From positions 50-64,049 of the forward strand of contig JADFXX010000012.1 in assembly GCA_015233335.1 (NCBI GenBank): 64,000 nucleotides of DNA, in the 5' to 3' direction. The notes under the pieces were generated by a model. That model was not told the origin of the DNA. It did no database searches and saw nothing but the letters and a program-made list of their open reading frames with translations. This DNA is from Candidatus Omnitrophota bacterium (lineage in GTDB: Bacteria; Omnitrophota; Gorgyraeia; Zapsychrales; Fredricksoniimonadaceae). The position numbers and the translations under genes are program-made. This document shows, piece after piece, positions 18,820 through 28,010 of this stretch (positions are counted from its first letter, which is position 1; the number at the start of each line of letters is the position of its first letter).

Positions 18820-19713
18820 CTAAAACCGGCAAAACTCAGACACACACGGATATCCTTGCCCCTTTTCAAAAATGCCTTTACAACGCCGGATTAGATCACT
18901 CTCACATATGGACTTGTTTATCAAATGAATTCCCTCTTTGACCATGACAATTTGGGAATATTTTGTTTCGAGGGAATTGCTTCGCCCCGCTATCTTCAAG
19001 GAATGGACCCCGGCTTGATTTAAACTCCTTATCGCACACAAACCGCAGCTGACCTGTGGTCTATTTAATTTCTTATCAAATACTCCCAATGCCTCCTTCT
19101 TATCTGCGATAACTCCGAGCGTCCGGAAAATGCAACCGGTCGAGGGCTCTTTATGAACACCATGTAAAGCGCCACAACATATGGACGGGATAAACCTGCA
19201 TCTCATATCCAGCACAAAAACACTAAACTTAACACCTTCTGTATTTTGGAAAAGCTTTTTGATCTCCCAAACACTCATTTGTCCTAACAGGTGAATATGA
19301 GTGACTCCCATCCCTTTAAGGAACATCATGGTCTCACTATTAAAAGTCGCGATCAAACAACTGGCCTGCAACTCAAGACCAAGCTTAAGGTCCCTGATCT
19401 TCTTGATCAAAAAAAGGTTGGCTAAAATAACCCCATCCATCCCGATCTCACGCGCGATCAAGGCTTGGTCGACTGACCTTTTTAATGATGGCCTCGGACT
19501 ATTGATCGCTAAGAATACCCGTTTTCCCCTGCGGTGGATCGCCTGCACACTTTTGCGTAATTCTCCAAGACTTTTAAAACAAAACCGCCAGTTGAGGGGC
19601 CTTTCATTGATCGGGGCTTTTTCATCAACAAGTCCGCAATAAAAATCATCCGCCCCAGCATCACAAAGCGGCTCAACTTCATTAAAATTAAGTAAGGGAG
19701 AAAGAATTCTCAT
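18820..19713 (-). CDS. Peptidase U32 family-like protein (UbiU/UbiV/RlhA-type fold suspected)
   Basis: N-terminus MRILSPLLNFNEVEPLCDAGADDFYCGL matches the U32 start pattern. Conserved Cys cluster (CRFIPSICC, SCGLCAIRS). The ATG at 19713 forms an ATGA overlap with the upstream stop. Confidence 0.5.
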   Translation of the reverse strand: MRILSPLLNFNEVEPLCDAGADDFYCGLVDEKAPINERPLNWRFCFKSLGELRKSVQAIHRRGKRVFLAINSPRPSLKRSVDQALIAREIGMDGVILANLFLIKKIRDLKLGLELQASCLIATFNSETMMFLKGMGVTHIHLLGQMSVWEIKKLFQNTEGVKFSVFVLDMRCRFIPSICCGALHGVHKEPSTGCIFRTLGVIADKKEALGVFDKKLNRPQVSCGLCAIRSLNQAGVHSLKIAGRSNSLETKYSQIVMVKEGIHLINKSICESDLIRRCKGIFEKGQGYPCVSEFCRF

Positions 19714-20645
19714 AAGCTCACCCGTGCGCCATGATAGGAAATGCAGCCCCCGCACCCATCCTGCTTGATGATGTTGCGGTGTTTTTCTGCAATGGCAGAG
19801 GCCCAGATCCTGTCAAGACTGTTATTGTGCAAATTGCCGATTCTGGGGAAATGGATACACGTGAAAACATCTGCGTTAGACATTAAAAAAACCCTTTGAG
19901 AAGGAACATCGCAAATACCTTGCCGTACATTCCCTTTTAAGAAACGCACCATTTCGGCAACAAACGCAGCATTTTGATCCCGCAATCGGTACTTTTCCTT
20001 TCCCAACTTTAGAAGATCACGAATAATGGATTTTTTTACTGCGTCATCAAAGGTGAAACTCCGTTGATTGATCCTGTTGGTATAATTTCCTGCATACTCT
20101 GCGAGCTTTGCCCTAAAATCCAGACCATTCTTTTGACAAAACCTGAAAGTAGGGATGATATCCGTGCAATTCACGTGGGTTATGGTAAATTTGATCTTGA
20201 TTTTTACAGACGGATGGGCTTCCCTGACAGCATGGATCGTATTGAGGATCTTATCGCGTGATCGTCCTCTTTGGTGATCATGACAATTGATGCCATCCAT
20301 GCTGATATGAAGTGTGAAATCCGAAGGCAATCTGTTCGAAAAATCATCAAGGTAATGTGCCACGTCCTTGGTCCTAGTCCCATTCGTTGAAATCCCCTTA
20401 AACCAACGGGGATTCTTTGAAAGCAGCGCATCGGTCAGCAGCCACAATTCTTTATGCAAAAACGGCTCTCCGCCGGTCAAGGTAATATCCAGCTTCTCGT
20501 GAAGGCATTTTGCCTCAAGCGCCTTATTGATGATCCCTATAAATAAATCACTTTTGCTCTTTTCTTTCCAGATATCACACATGACACATTTGAGATTGCA
20601 TCTGTTGGTCAATGCGATATTCATATATTTTATTTTATTTTTCAT
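19710..20645 (-). CDS. Radical SAM protein with SPASM-like C-terminus
   Basis: LTNRCNLKCVMC motif at residues 13-24; LTGGEP; C-terminal CIHF...GCGGCISY cysteines. Confidence 0.8.
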   Translation of the reverse strand: MKNKIKYMNIALTNRCNLKCVMCDIWKEKSKSDLFIGIINKALEAKCLHEKLDITLTGGEPFLHKELWLLTDALLSKNPRWFKGISTNGTRTKDVAHYLDDFSNRLPSDFTLHISMDGINCHDHQRGRSRDKILNTIHAVREAHPSVKIKIKFTITHVNCTDIIPTFRFCQKNGLDFRAKLAEYAGNYTNRINQRSFTFDDAVKKSIIRDLLKLGKEKYRLRDQNAAFVAEMVRFLKGNVRQGICDVPSQRVFLMSNADVFTCIHFPRIGNLHNNSLDRIWASAIAEKHRNIIKQDGCGGCISYHGARVSL

Positions 20646-20661
20646 GTGATTTGCTAGATCT

Positions 20662-21924
20662 TCACTCTATAAATACAGTCTTAAACTTCCCTGATTTCTC
20701 TGGCTCTATATGATCTACAAAAACCACCGATAAATGCCCGGTTCCCAATTGTCCGAACCTGTTCTTTATTTCCTGCCCTATTTTATTCCGCTTGCCATTT
20801 GCCGCATAACCCTTTTCCGGCAGTATATTGAAGGTAAAGTCCCCGCTTTCACGGGAATGGCAAGGGCTTTGAATTAACTGATATAAAAGGACACCGGGGA
20901 TATCCATAAGCCGGGCAATATCACGTTCGGAATACAAAATGCCTTTAAAAGAAATGCACTGGCCCTTCCGCCCATAGATTTCGATCTTTTTAGCCGTTCT
21001 CCCGCATCCGCAAGGTTTTGTGATCCATTTGCCAAGGTCCCCTGTCCTGTATCTGATAAGAGGCATCGCAGGATTTTCTAAAGCAGTCACGACGATCTCT
21101 CCGACATCACCATCAAGATACCGGCCTTGATCCACGATCTCAACAAAAACGGAATCTTCAAAAACATGCTTTCCATCTTTCTCACAGCCAAATGCAATGG
21201 GCCCAAATTCTGAGCAGCCATAACAGTCAAAGACTCTGCATTGAAAAATCCTTTCTAAGTATCTTTGAACAGGCAAAGTCAAAAGCTCATAAGTCGAACT
21301 TATCCCCTTCAATGAAAGCCGTTTTTTGTTCATATCCAGATAATACGCCACCGCACATAGATAAAAAGGGTCAGCGTGAACGATCGTCTTCTGGTTATCA
21401 TTTAAGACTGAAGCTGCTTTTTCTAGGACCTCCTGATCCGTAAAAATATGATCAGAAGTCGGTATTTTAACCTGATCAACATAGGCAGGCAGATCACTGG
21501 TGGAGCAGCGGTCCCTGGAACAATGCACCGTTGATAACACGCAATATCTCTGTCCCCATTTCCATTGTGTGTTGATCATGAAGGGAAGGACCATCCTGGC
21601 ATAACGTTCAAATCCCCGCAAATACGCAAAAGGCACTGAATCTGCCAAGGAACCGGACGTCCTATCAAGAACTAAACATGGATGCCCTATATGTTTATTG
21701 CTGATAAGACCGGTATCAATGTTGCCCCTTACTTCTTCCTTGGTCAAGAAGGGGAAAGGAATTGGCGTATTTTTATAAAAGTCACAATTTTCACTCGCAT
21801 CCTTTAGGACCTGGTTGAATTTGCGTTCAACGATGATATCAATTTCTCTTCTTGGCTTAAAAGAGAATTGAACATGGTTCTTAATATACGCTAGCGCTGC
21901 GCTCTCATCGGTCATGTCTGGCAT
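20662..21924 (-). CDS. Adenylate-forming ligase, PaaK/CapK/F390-synthetase-like
   Basis: RTSGS P-loop-like motif, YGCSEFG and RYRTGDLG motifs of ANL enzymes. The track ORF runs to 22113, inside the upstream gene; a start at MPDMTDES (21924) leaves a 20-nt overlap. Confidence 0.7.
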   Translation of the reverse strand: MPDMTDESAALAYIKNHVQFSFKPRREIDIIVERKFNQVLKDASENCDFYKNTPIPFPFLTKEEVRGNIDTGLISNKHIGHPCLVLDRTSGSLADSVPFAYLRGFERYARMVLPFMINTQWKWGQRYCVLSTVHCSRDRCSTSDLPAYVDQVKIPTSDHIFTDQEVLEKAASVLNDNQKTIVHADPFYLCAVAYYLDMNKKRLSLKGISSTYELLTLPVQRYLERIFQCRVFDCYGCSEFGPIAFGCEKDGKHVFEDSVFVEIVDQGRYLDGDVGEIVVTALENPAMPLIRYRTGDLGKWITKPCGCGRTAKKIEIYGRKGQCISFKGILYSERDIARLMDIPGVLLYQLIQSPCHSRESGDFTFNILPEKGYAANGKRNKIGQEIKNRFGQLGTGHLSVVFVDHIEPEKSGKFKTVFIE

Positions 21925-24900
21925 CCTTGGGAATCGATAGAATTTTCTGGGAAAGATATTTTCGTGAACTGAAATTGCTTGCGCAGAATTTCGCATGGCC
22001 GCAACATTTTCCCAAACTCCGTAGAGTTTTTTTCCTGATTCCGGTATATTTTTCCGAGTTCCAAATCTGCCCAAAAGAATCCTTCTGGATATTCCCGACA
22101 GCAAAGCTTTCATTCCTTTCTACAACGCAACAGGGAAACACATTCCCGTCATAATTGATCGAAGCATGGTCGATCGTCCCCAGACAGCCATATCTCTGAT
22201 AAAATGTTTTCCCATAATCCATGGCCAGATAGTTCTTGATCTCCTCTTCAAATTTTTCGGGATGGGCCTGCAATTCCTTAACCACCTTTAAAGGTTCCTC
22301 CAGAACAAGATCCGTAAAAAAGGGACTAAAATCAAAAGCAATGCATTGGTGCATACAATCGCTGATGATCCCGGGAACGATCTTAAAGAAAAACTCCTCC
22401 ATCTGACTACGCGTTAACAATAAAGGCGAAATATCTTTCTTATTTTTGCTGTTCGGCAGGACAAAACTGATCTTAGAAATACCCTGCTGATGGGCAAAGG
22501 AGGGCATCTGCAGCAATGACTTATAGTTAAATTTTGTAACGACAGAATTAGACTCAACGGGAATCGAAGGGTTTTCTGCTTTAATCCATGCAATAACCCG
22601 AACATTACCTGCCCATGAACCCGGTTTCCCCCGGAGTTTGTCATGGATCAATACATCCGGAGAATCGATAGAAACATATAATTTATCTAATCGCGAAAGG
22701 CGCTTGCAATAATCCGCATTCAGGCCGACACAATTGGTTTTAAGACCAACGAAAAAACCGAGGTCCTTGGCATAATCAATGAGGTCCGGTAAATCCTTAC
22801 GCAATGTCGGCTCCTGGCCGTGAAACCGGATTTCCCGGGCCCCGATACTCTTAAGTTCTTTAATGGACTCCAGTATCTGTTTTTTGGAAAGAATCTCTGA
22901 CTTCTTGCGCTTCCAGTTATCACACATGATGCAAAAAGAGTTGCAACCTCCGACCGGATGGATATCCGCCCTAAAAAAACTGGGGTTCCCGTTATTTAAT
23001 ACGGCTTGATAGTTGGAATAATACCGTTCAAATTGACTCATCTCTTTGCCGCTCAGAACAAAATCATATACAGCTTCCAACTTTGCGGTCTCATGAATGA
23101 TGTTAAAGGAGCTCTTGACCTTCTTCAACGCCTGATTCTTCATAGAATCCAGACGTCTGATATTTCTTATCGCAAAACTTGTCTGTTCAACCGCATCGTT
23201 GATATCCGCCTCTTTGAAAAGAATACCCGTCTTTTTGTCTTCTACGATCTCCGGAATACTGCCATGATCGCTTGCGACGACCAAAAGCCCATTGGCCATA
23301 GCCTCCATAATAACACCGGGAACTCCTTCTCGATCCCCATCAGGGGCCGTTAAACTAGGATGCACTAACAGATGGCTTCTTCTCATAAGTTCCAGCACCC
23401 GATCATTAGGCAATTCCCCTAAAAAAGAGATCTTGTCTGCAAAAGGGCTTAAACGAACTGCCTTAAGGACCGCGTCCCTTTGGGGGCCATCACCGACAAT
23501 ATACAATTTTAAATTCTCAAATCTTGTGCAAAGCTTATTAAAAATCTTTATCCCAAATACCGTCCCTTTCTTTTCCACCAACCTCCCCACCATCATAATC
23601 CGCGTCTCTTGTGACACACGCCTTTTTAAAGGGCCCTGTGTCGACAGCCTTATTCCGGAGTGCTGAACAAAAACCTTTTGGGGCAAACAGCCCAGCTTTA
23701 ACAAATCCTTCCGCATAATCTCTGACCTGACCAGAAACATATTCGCCTCGGTGAAAATGGGGCCAAGATTAAATTGTTTCCTTGCATATAGGTCATATCC
23801 TCTAACAGAGACAATCAAGGGCAGGCCCGAAAGGCGCTTTAGGTCTATGAAAAAAATCGCATCTGAGATAAATTCGGCATGTAATATTTTAATGCCTCTG
23901 GCTTTGATCTCGGCTAAGGCCCATTGGAGCATCCGGCCATGCAAATGAGTTTGTTGGAAAGATATGAACGGGTATTCCCGGCCCCATAAACCGGAGAACT
24001 TTTCATTAAACATAAGTTCAAATTTATTCTCAAAGCGGTTGTTATGATCTAAACACAAGACAACGGGTTGATGGCTTTTTAAAAAAGACAGTTCGTCGTA
24101 TATGAATCTTTCTGATAGCGCCAGCCATTGGGCCCGTAAGAATAAAACCTTCGTTTTTCCCTCTGCAAGCTCAATAAGCCGCTTGGCGGCAACAATGTTT
24201 CCTTGGGTCATATCAGGGAAGGCCCTGCGCATTCTTTCTAACTTATGATCCGCGATCAGAGATTTAAGACAGTCCCATATCCCGTCTTTTACGATCACAG
24301 CACAACCCTTATCTTCCAAAGACCTGGCACGGGCGTACTGGTCGTCCTCTTTTCTGTCGACAGGGACCAGCAGTGCCGGTGTCTTTGTAGAAATTATTTC
24401 ATTGATCAAATTGTATCCGGCTGGTGATACGACCAAATCATGCCCGGCCATAATGCCCGGCAGATCAACCTCAAACTTTTTGTAATCAAATCCATGCAAG
24501 TCACACGACCCTTTCTTAAAATAAGGGCCCGTTACGATCGCGACCTGTATCTTTGTATCATCGATACACATTTCTTGCTTTTTAAGCTCTGCAAGAAAAT
24601 CAGATACTTTTGAAAAAAGCTTTGCATGCTGGGGGATATCCGCCCCTGTGGAAAACGTGATAAGGATCCTGAGTGTCCCATCCTTAGTCGCTCTTTTAAT
24701 TTTACCGACAGACCTTACGATGGGCCCGACAAAATGAGTATTCCGGTTCTTTAAAAGAATAGTTCTCTGACGAGGGCTGACCTCCTCCTCACTATGGGGG
24801 ACCAAGACCAAGTCAACCTTATCCAAAAAACCTTTTTGACTTAAATAGTCAAGATTTTGATCCGTGGTATTTCTTAAAACAAAACAAGTTTTGAGCTTGC

Positions 24901-25231
24901 TCTCAAAACAAAAATCAACCAATGGGCGGTTAAACTCGCTATCCATCAGGATCATTTCAGGCTGCTCCCTGCTGATGATCGCCCTTATTCTTAAATAATT
25001 GATCCGCAAATACGATTCATGCGATACCTTCCCGTCTAAAACCATTTTCGTATTAAGAGTAAGTTTATAAACTTTAAATCCTGCCCGGAGGAGAGGCTCA
25101 GGGAATGCGGAATTCGTCACAAAAATAATTTGAGCATCCTTGATCTGAGACAACAGGGCTTTAGCTATCTCCAGAGTCCGGACCAGATGTCCTAACCCCA
25201 CCCCGTCAATGGCATGTATCAATAATTTCAT
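21905..25231 (-). CDS. Tri-domain fusion: MurG/GT28-like glycosyltransferase + GT4 glycosyltransferase + radical SAM/SPASM-like domain
   Basis: Residues 1-355 carry GVGLGHLVRT. Residues 360-725 carry GDGPQR and EGVPGVIME (EX7E). Residues 745-1108 carry GGCNSFCIMC plus C-terminal Cys motifs. Confidence 0.75.
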   Translation of the reverse strand: MKLLIHAIDGVGLGHLVRTLEIAKALLSQIKDAQIIFVTNSAFPEPLLRAGFKVYKLTLNTKMVLDGKVSHESYLRINYLRIRAIISREQPEMILMDSEFNRPLVDFCFESKLKTCFVLRNTTDQNLDYLSQKGFLDKVDLVLVPHSEEEVSPRQRTILLKNRNTHFVGPIVRSVGKIKRATKDGTLRILITFSTGADIPQHAKLFSKVSDFLAELKKQEMCIDDTKIQVAIVTGPYFKKGSCDLHGFDYKKFEVDLPGIMAGHDLVVSPAGYNLINEIISTKTPALLVPVDRKEDDQYARARSLEDKGCAVIVKDGIWDCLKSLIADHKLERMRRAFPDMTQGNIVAAKRLIELAEGKTKVLFLRAQWLALSERFIYDELSFLKSHQPVVLCLDHNNRFENKFELMFNEKFSGLWGREYPFISFQQTHLHGRMLQWALAEIKARGIKILHAEFISDAIFFIDLKRLSGLPLIVSVRGYDLYARKQFNLGPIFTEANMFLVRSEIMRKDLLKLGCLPQKVFVQHSGIRLSTQGPLKRRVSQETRIMMVGRLVEKKGTVFGIKIFNKLCTRFENLKLYIVGDGPQRDAVLKAVRLSPFADKISFLGELPNDRVLELMRRSHLLVHPSLTAPDGDREGVPGVIMEAMANGLLVVASDHGSIPEIVEDKKTGILFKEADINDAVEQTSFAIRNIRRLDSMKNQALKKVKSSFNIIHETAKLEAVYDFVLSGKEMSQFERYYSNYQAVLNNGNPSFFRADIHPVGGCNSFCIMCDNWKRKKSEILSKKQILESIKELKSIGAREIRFHGQEPTLRKDLPDLIDYAKDLGFFVGLKTNCVGLNADYCKRLSRLDKLYVSIDSPDVLIHDKLRGKPGSWAGNVRVIAWIKAENPSIPVESNSVVTKFNYKSLLQMPSFAHQQGISKISFVLPNSKNKKDISPLLLTRSQMEEFFFKIVPGIISDCMHQCIAFDFSPFFTDLVLEEPLKVVKELQAHPEKFEEEIKNYLAMDYGKTFYQRYGCLGTIDHASINYDGNVFPCCVVERNESFAVGNIQKDSFGQIWNSEKYTGIRKKTLRSLGKCCGHAKFCASNFSSRKYLSQKILSIPKDARHDR

Positions 25232-25252
25232 AATGACACCCGAAAATGTATT

Positions 25253-27109
25253 TCAAATAGACTTAAGCTTACAACACTTCTCACAAATAGGCAGAAGCTG
25301 TTGTCTTAAAGAGTTTGCTGTCCTCAAATCGTAGCGATTCCTGATAAACTCGCAGATAATCCTCTCCCCTTTGGCATTAAAACGAAACTGCCCTAACTGC
25401 GCGCAGGTAACCCGTCTTTTTTGGGCCAAATCTTCTGCCAAAAACAGTTTCGTCTGACTTCTGAACAATTCAGGAACATAAGTAATCTTCATCCCATTCC
25501 TCAAATCAGCCCGTTCCAATGACTGGAAGAATTTCATAATGCCTTGATCATCACCGGCTTGCTCTTCAAATTGGGGCCCCTGAAAAATCAGTCGAGGAGC
25601 CGCTATTGAACTCTGCTTTCGAGCTTCCCCTGAAAGAGACATGCCATAAATGATCCGGTGGTCCCGTATGCCGAGATCTGATAAAAGTCCGGAAAGTTTA
25701 ATAATATCTTCCTGATTATCCGCCTTTAGAACAGAGCCTACCCCGACTGAAAAAAAGTCCTTCATCAAATTGAGGGCCCGCATACATTTGTTAAACGTCC
25801 CGCGGCCTCTTTCTTTGTCATGGTAAGTTTCAAGCCCATCCAATGAGAACAAAACGCCTTTAAGCCCGATGCAGCTTTTAAGCCGTTCAACTATGCCGGC
25901 ATTGATCAATGTCCCATTCGTGGTTATCTCGTAAGTTATTGCCTTCTTGTCTAAATGATTCATCATTGCAAAAAACGACTTATTTAAAAAAGGTTCCCCT
26001 CCTATAAAAGAAACATGTGAAGTGTCCGGAAGTCTTCTGATCAGTTTCCGGAAACGGTTTAAATCCATTTCCTCAGGCTTGTGGGACCTTAATCCTTTTT
26101 GAGTGCAGATAGAACAACGCAAGTTACAGCGGTTGATCGTCTCTATATTGGCTATGGTCTTTTCAAAAGGGGCATTCGTATAATCTTTATATACCCCGCA
26201 TAAAAGCATGCAAGACCGGCATTTAAACCGGCCCACGCCGGGAACTTTTTTGGTTTTGATCAAAGGCCTTTGGGGAACACTATTCACAGAAGGTTCTTTA
26301 AGGCAAAAGTAACACTCCCCGGCGGGCATAATGGTCAGGCATTCATTTAAGACCGAACAAGAAGTGGGCATCTTCTTTTTTGCCAGATAAAAGGGAATAT
26401 CCTGATAAAATCTGGCCTTTTTGAAATTCCCCTGTCTGTACATAAGATCCGCCAGCCTGAAACATTGATTTCTGATCACACAAAGCTGTTGTGGCGTGAA
26501 AGATAGATCCAAAGTCTTTCGTGAATTTGTGTAGTTTTTCAAGTTTTCGAAAGGCTTAAAAGAAAACTGACATCCCAATTTCGATGCCAGCGTATAGACC
26601 TTGACTATTTGGTCATAATTATGCGGACTTAACGTCAATTTGATCTCAATCGCCTGATCAGGGAAGCGCCTTTTTACCGCTCGAATCGTATGCACTGTTT
26701 TACGAAAAGACCTCGCCCCTCGCAAGGCATCATTGGTTTCTTCCAATCCATCCAAGCTGATATTTAATTTAAAGTGCAAATGACTGTTTTGTTCAACAAA
26801 CCGTAGTATCCTCTCTTCAAGAAGTCCATTGCTGGTAATACATTTGAAACTTCCCGGATACATCTTCTCGACAAGATTGACGATCGCCTGCAAATCATCC
26901 CGAAGAAACGGTTCGCCTCCGGCAAAAGATATATCGTAATCCCTGCCATACCGCTTATACCCCTGCCTGATCACTTTATCCGAAAGGATCCGGCCGATAT
27001 CATCAAGACAAAGATCCCCACGACGCCCCGCTTTGTTCCACATATCGCAATGGACACAGCGGCCATTACATCGATCAGTAATGATCCAGTTAACAGATTT
27101 TAAGTTCAT
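25253..27109 (-). CDS. Double radical SAM fusion protein
   Basis: Two complete CX3CX2C motifs, TDRCNGRCVHC (residues 11-21) and INRCNLRCSIC (residues 325-335), each followed by a GGEPF glycine motif. Confidence 0.8.
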   Translation of the reverse strand: MNLKSVNWIITDRCNGRCVHCDMWNKAGRRGDLCLDDIGRILSDKVIRQGYKRYGRDYDISFAGGEPFLRDDLQAIVNLVEKMYPGSFKCITSNGLLEERILRFVEQNSHLHFKLNISLDGLEETNDALRGARSFRKTVHTIRAVKRRFPDQAIEIKLTLSPHNYDQIVKVYTLASKLGCQFSFKPFENLKNYTNSRKTLDLSFTPQQLCVIRNQCFRLADLMYRQGNFKKARFYQDIPFYLAKKKMPTSCSVLNECLTIMPAGECYFCLKEPSVNSVPQRPLIKTKKVPGVGRFKCRSCMLLCGVYKDYTNAPFEKTIANIETINRCNLRCSICTQKGLRSHKPEEMDLNRFRKLIRRLPDTSHVSFIGGEPFLNKSFFAMMNHLDKKAITYEITTNGTLINAGIVERLKSCIGLKGVLFSLDGLETYHDKERGRGTFNKCMRALNLMKDFFSVGVGSVLKADNQEDIIKLSGLLSDLGIRDHRIIYGMSLSGEARKQSSIAAPRLIFQGPQFEEQAGDDQGIMKFFQSLERADLRNGMKITYVPELFRSQTKLFLAEDLAQKRRVTCAQLGQFRFNAKGERIICEFIRNRYDLRTANSLRQQLLPICEKCCKLKSI

Positions 27110-27141
27110 CCGAATCCCCCGCCGATGATATTGCAGGAATC

Positions 27142-27172
27142 ACAAACAAAAAAGGCTCCCTTTCGGGAACCT
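27142..27172 (-). terminator. Rho-independent terminator-like hairpin after the 27219..27986 gene
   Basis: Minus strand reads AGGTTCCC-GAAA-GGGAGCCT followed by TTTTTTGTTTGTG. Confidence 0.55.
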
Positions 27173-27218
27173 CTTTATAAAAATCTCGCCCACCACCGCT
27201 TCAATAGTGACACAAATT

Positions 27219-27986
27219 TTACTGCCCATTGGGCTTGGGCGACGGCACCGGGGATGCCGCTTCCGGAGCACTGCATGCTTCGCGCATCTCGCCATTTTCG
27301 ATATCGGCGCAACTGCCGATCCCCTTGATAACTCCAAACCAAGTATAAAAATCTTTTTCTTCCTGCTGTCGCGTCCTTTCTCCCGCAAGAATACGACACC
27401 CGGACAAAGCCAGATACCAATCACTATTCCATTGGGCGCCATATGCACCCACGAAATCTTTTATATAATGGCCACATGAACCCGCGTCTCCCTTTAAAGC
27501 TAAAAGGTATGCCCCCCTTTTGACCAGAATATCTTCCTTGATCTCCGGATTGGACATATGCCCCAGTAATGCCTGCCTTGTGATAGTGCTGGGGGATTTT
27601 ATCAATGAACATAATGACGCCTCTATTTGAGCCTGAACGTCTTTAGTGTATCCCCCACCCAATCCCTCAAAACAGTCCATCGGTTTTTTGCTTGTGTCTG
27701 TTCCTGCACATACCTCCTGGGCACACCGCCAGGATTTAATACCTTTCGCCTCTTTTACACAGATCATATCGTTTTGGCACAGGGACAAATCCCCGTTCAC
27801 CACTTCATACGTCTTAAGGTCCAATTGATCAACGGCCAATTTTCTTGAGACGTCTGCCCCATTGGCAGCGGACATGGCCGGAGTCTGATTTTTAGCAACC
27901 TGTTGGGCCGAACTCACAGCGTTGACACTAGTCATGAACAACACAACAAGAAAAAAATTAAGCACTACGGAAGATCGGAAGCTCAT
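27219..27986 (-). CDS. Secreted Cys-containing hypothetical protein
   Basis: N-terminal signal-like MSFRSSVVLNFFLVVLFMTSVNAVSSAQQ; AGGTG Shine-Dalgarno sequence 7 nt upstream; Pro-rich tail. Confidence 0.6.
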   Translation of the reverse strand: MSFRSSVVLNFFLVVLFMTSVNAVSSAQQVAKNQTPAMSAANGADVSRKLAVDQLDLKTYEVVNGDLSLCQNDMICVKEAKGIKSWRCAQEVCAGTDTSKKPMDCFEGLGGGYTKDVQAQIEASLCSLIKSPSTITRQALLGHMSNPEIKEDILVKRGAYLLALKGDAGSCGHYIKDFVGAYGAQWNSDWYLALSGCRILAGERTRQQEEKDFYTWFGVIKGIGSCADIENGEMREACSAPEAASPVPSPKPNGQ

Positions 27987-28010
27987 AGTTTTACACCTAG
28001 AAGAATAATG

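Noticed and set aside
21925-22113. Long N-terminal extension of the PaaK-like ORF (track start at 22113)
   Set aside because: It would overlap the upstream 1108-aa gene by 209 nt. An internal ATG at 21924/21915 (MPDMTDES) leaves only a short overlap and retains all the ligase motifs.
27125-27479. Cluster of overlapping short ORFs (27125..27328, 27140..27448, 27175..27420, 27207..27479)
   Set aside because: They overlap one another and the 3' part of the well-supported 27219..27986 secreted-protein gene or the terminator region. They are Arg/Cys-rich shadow frames.
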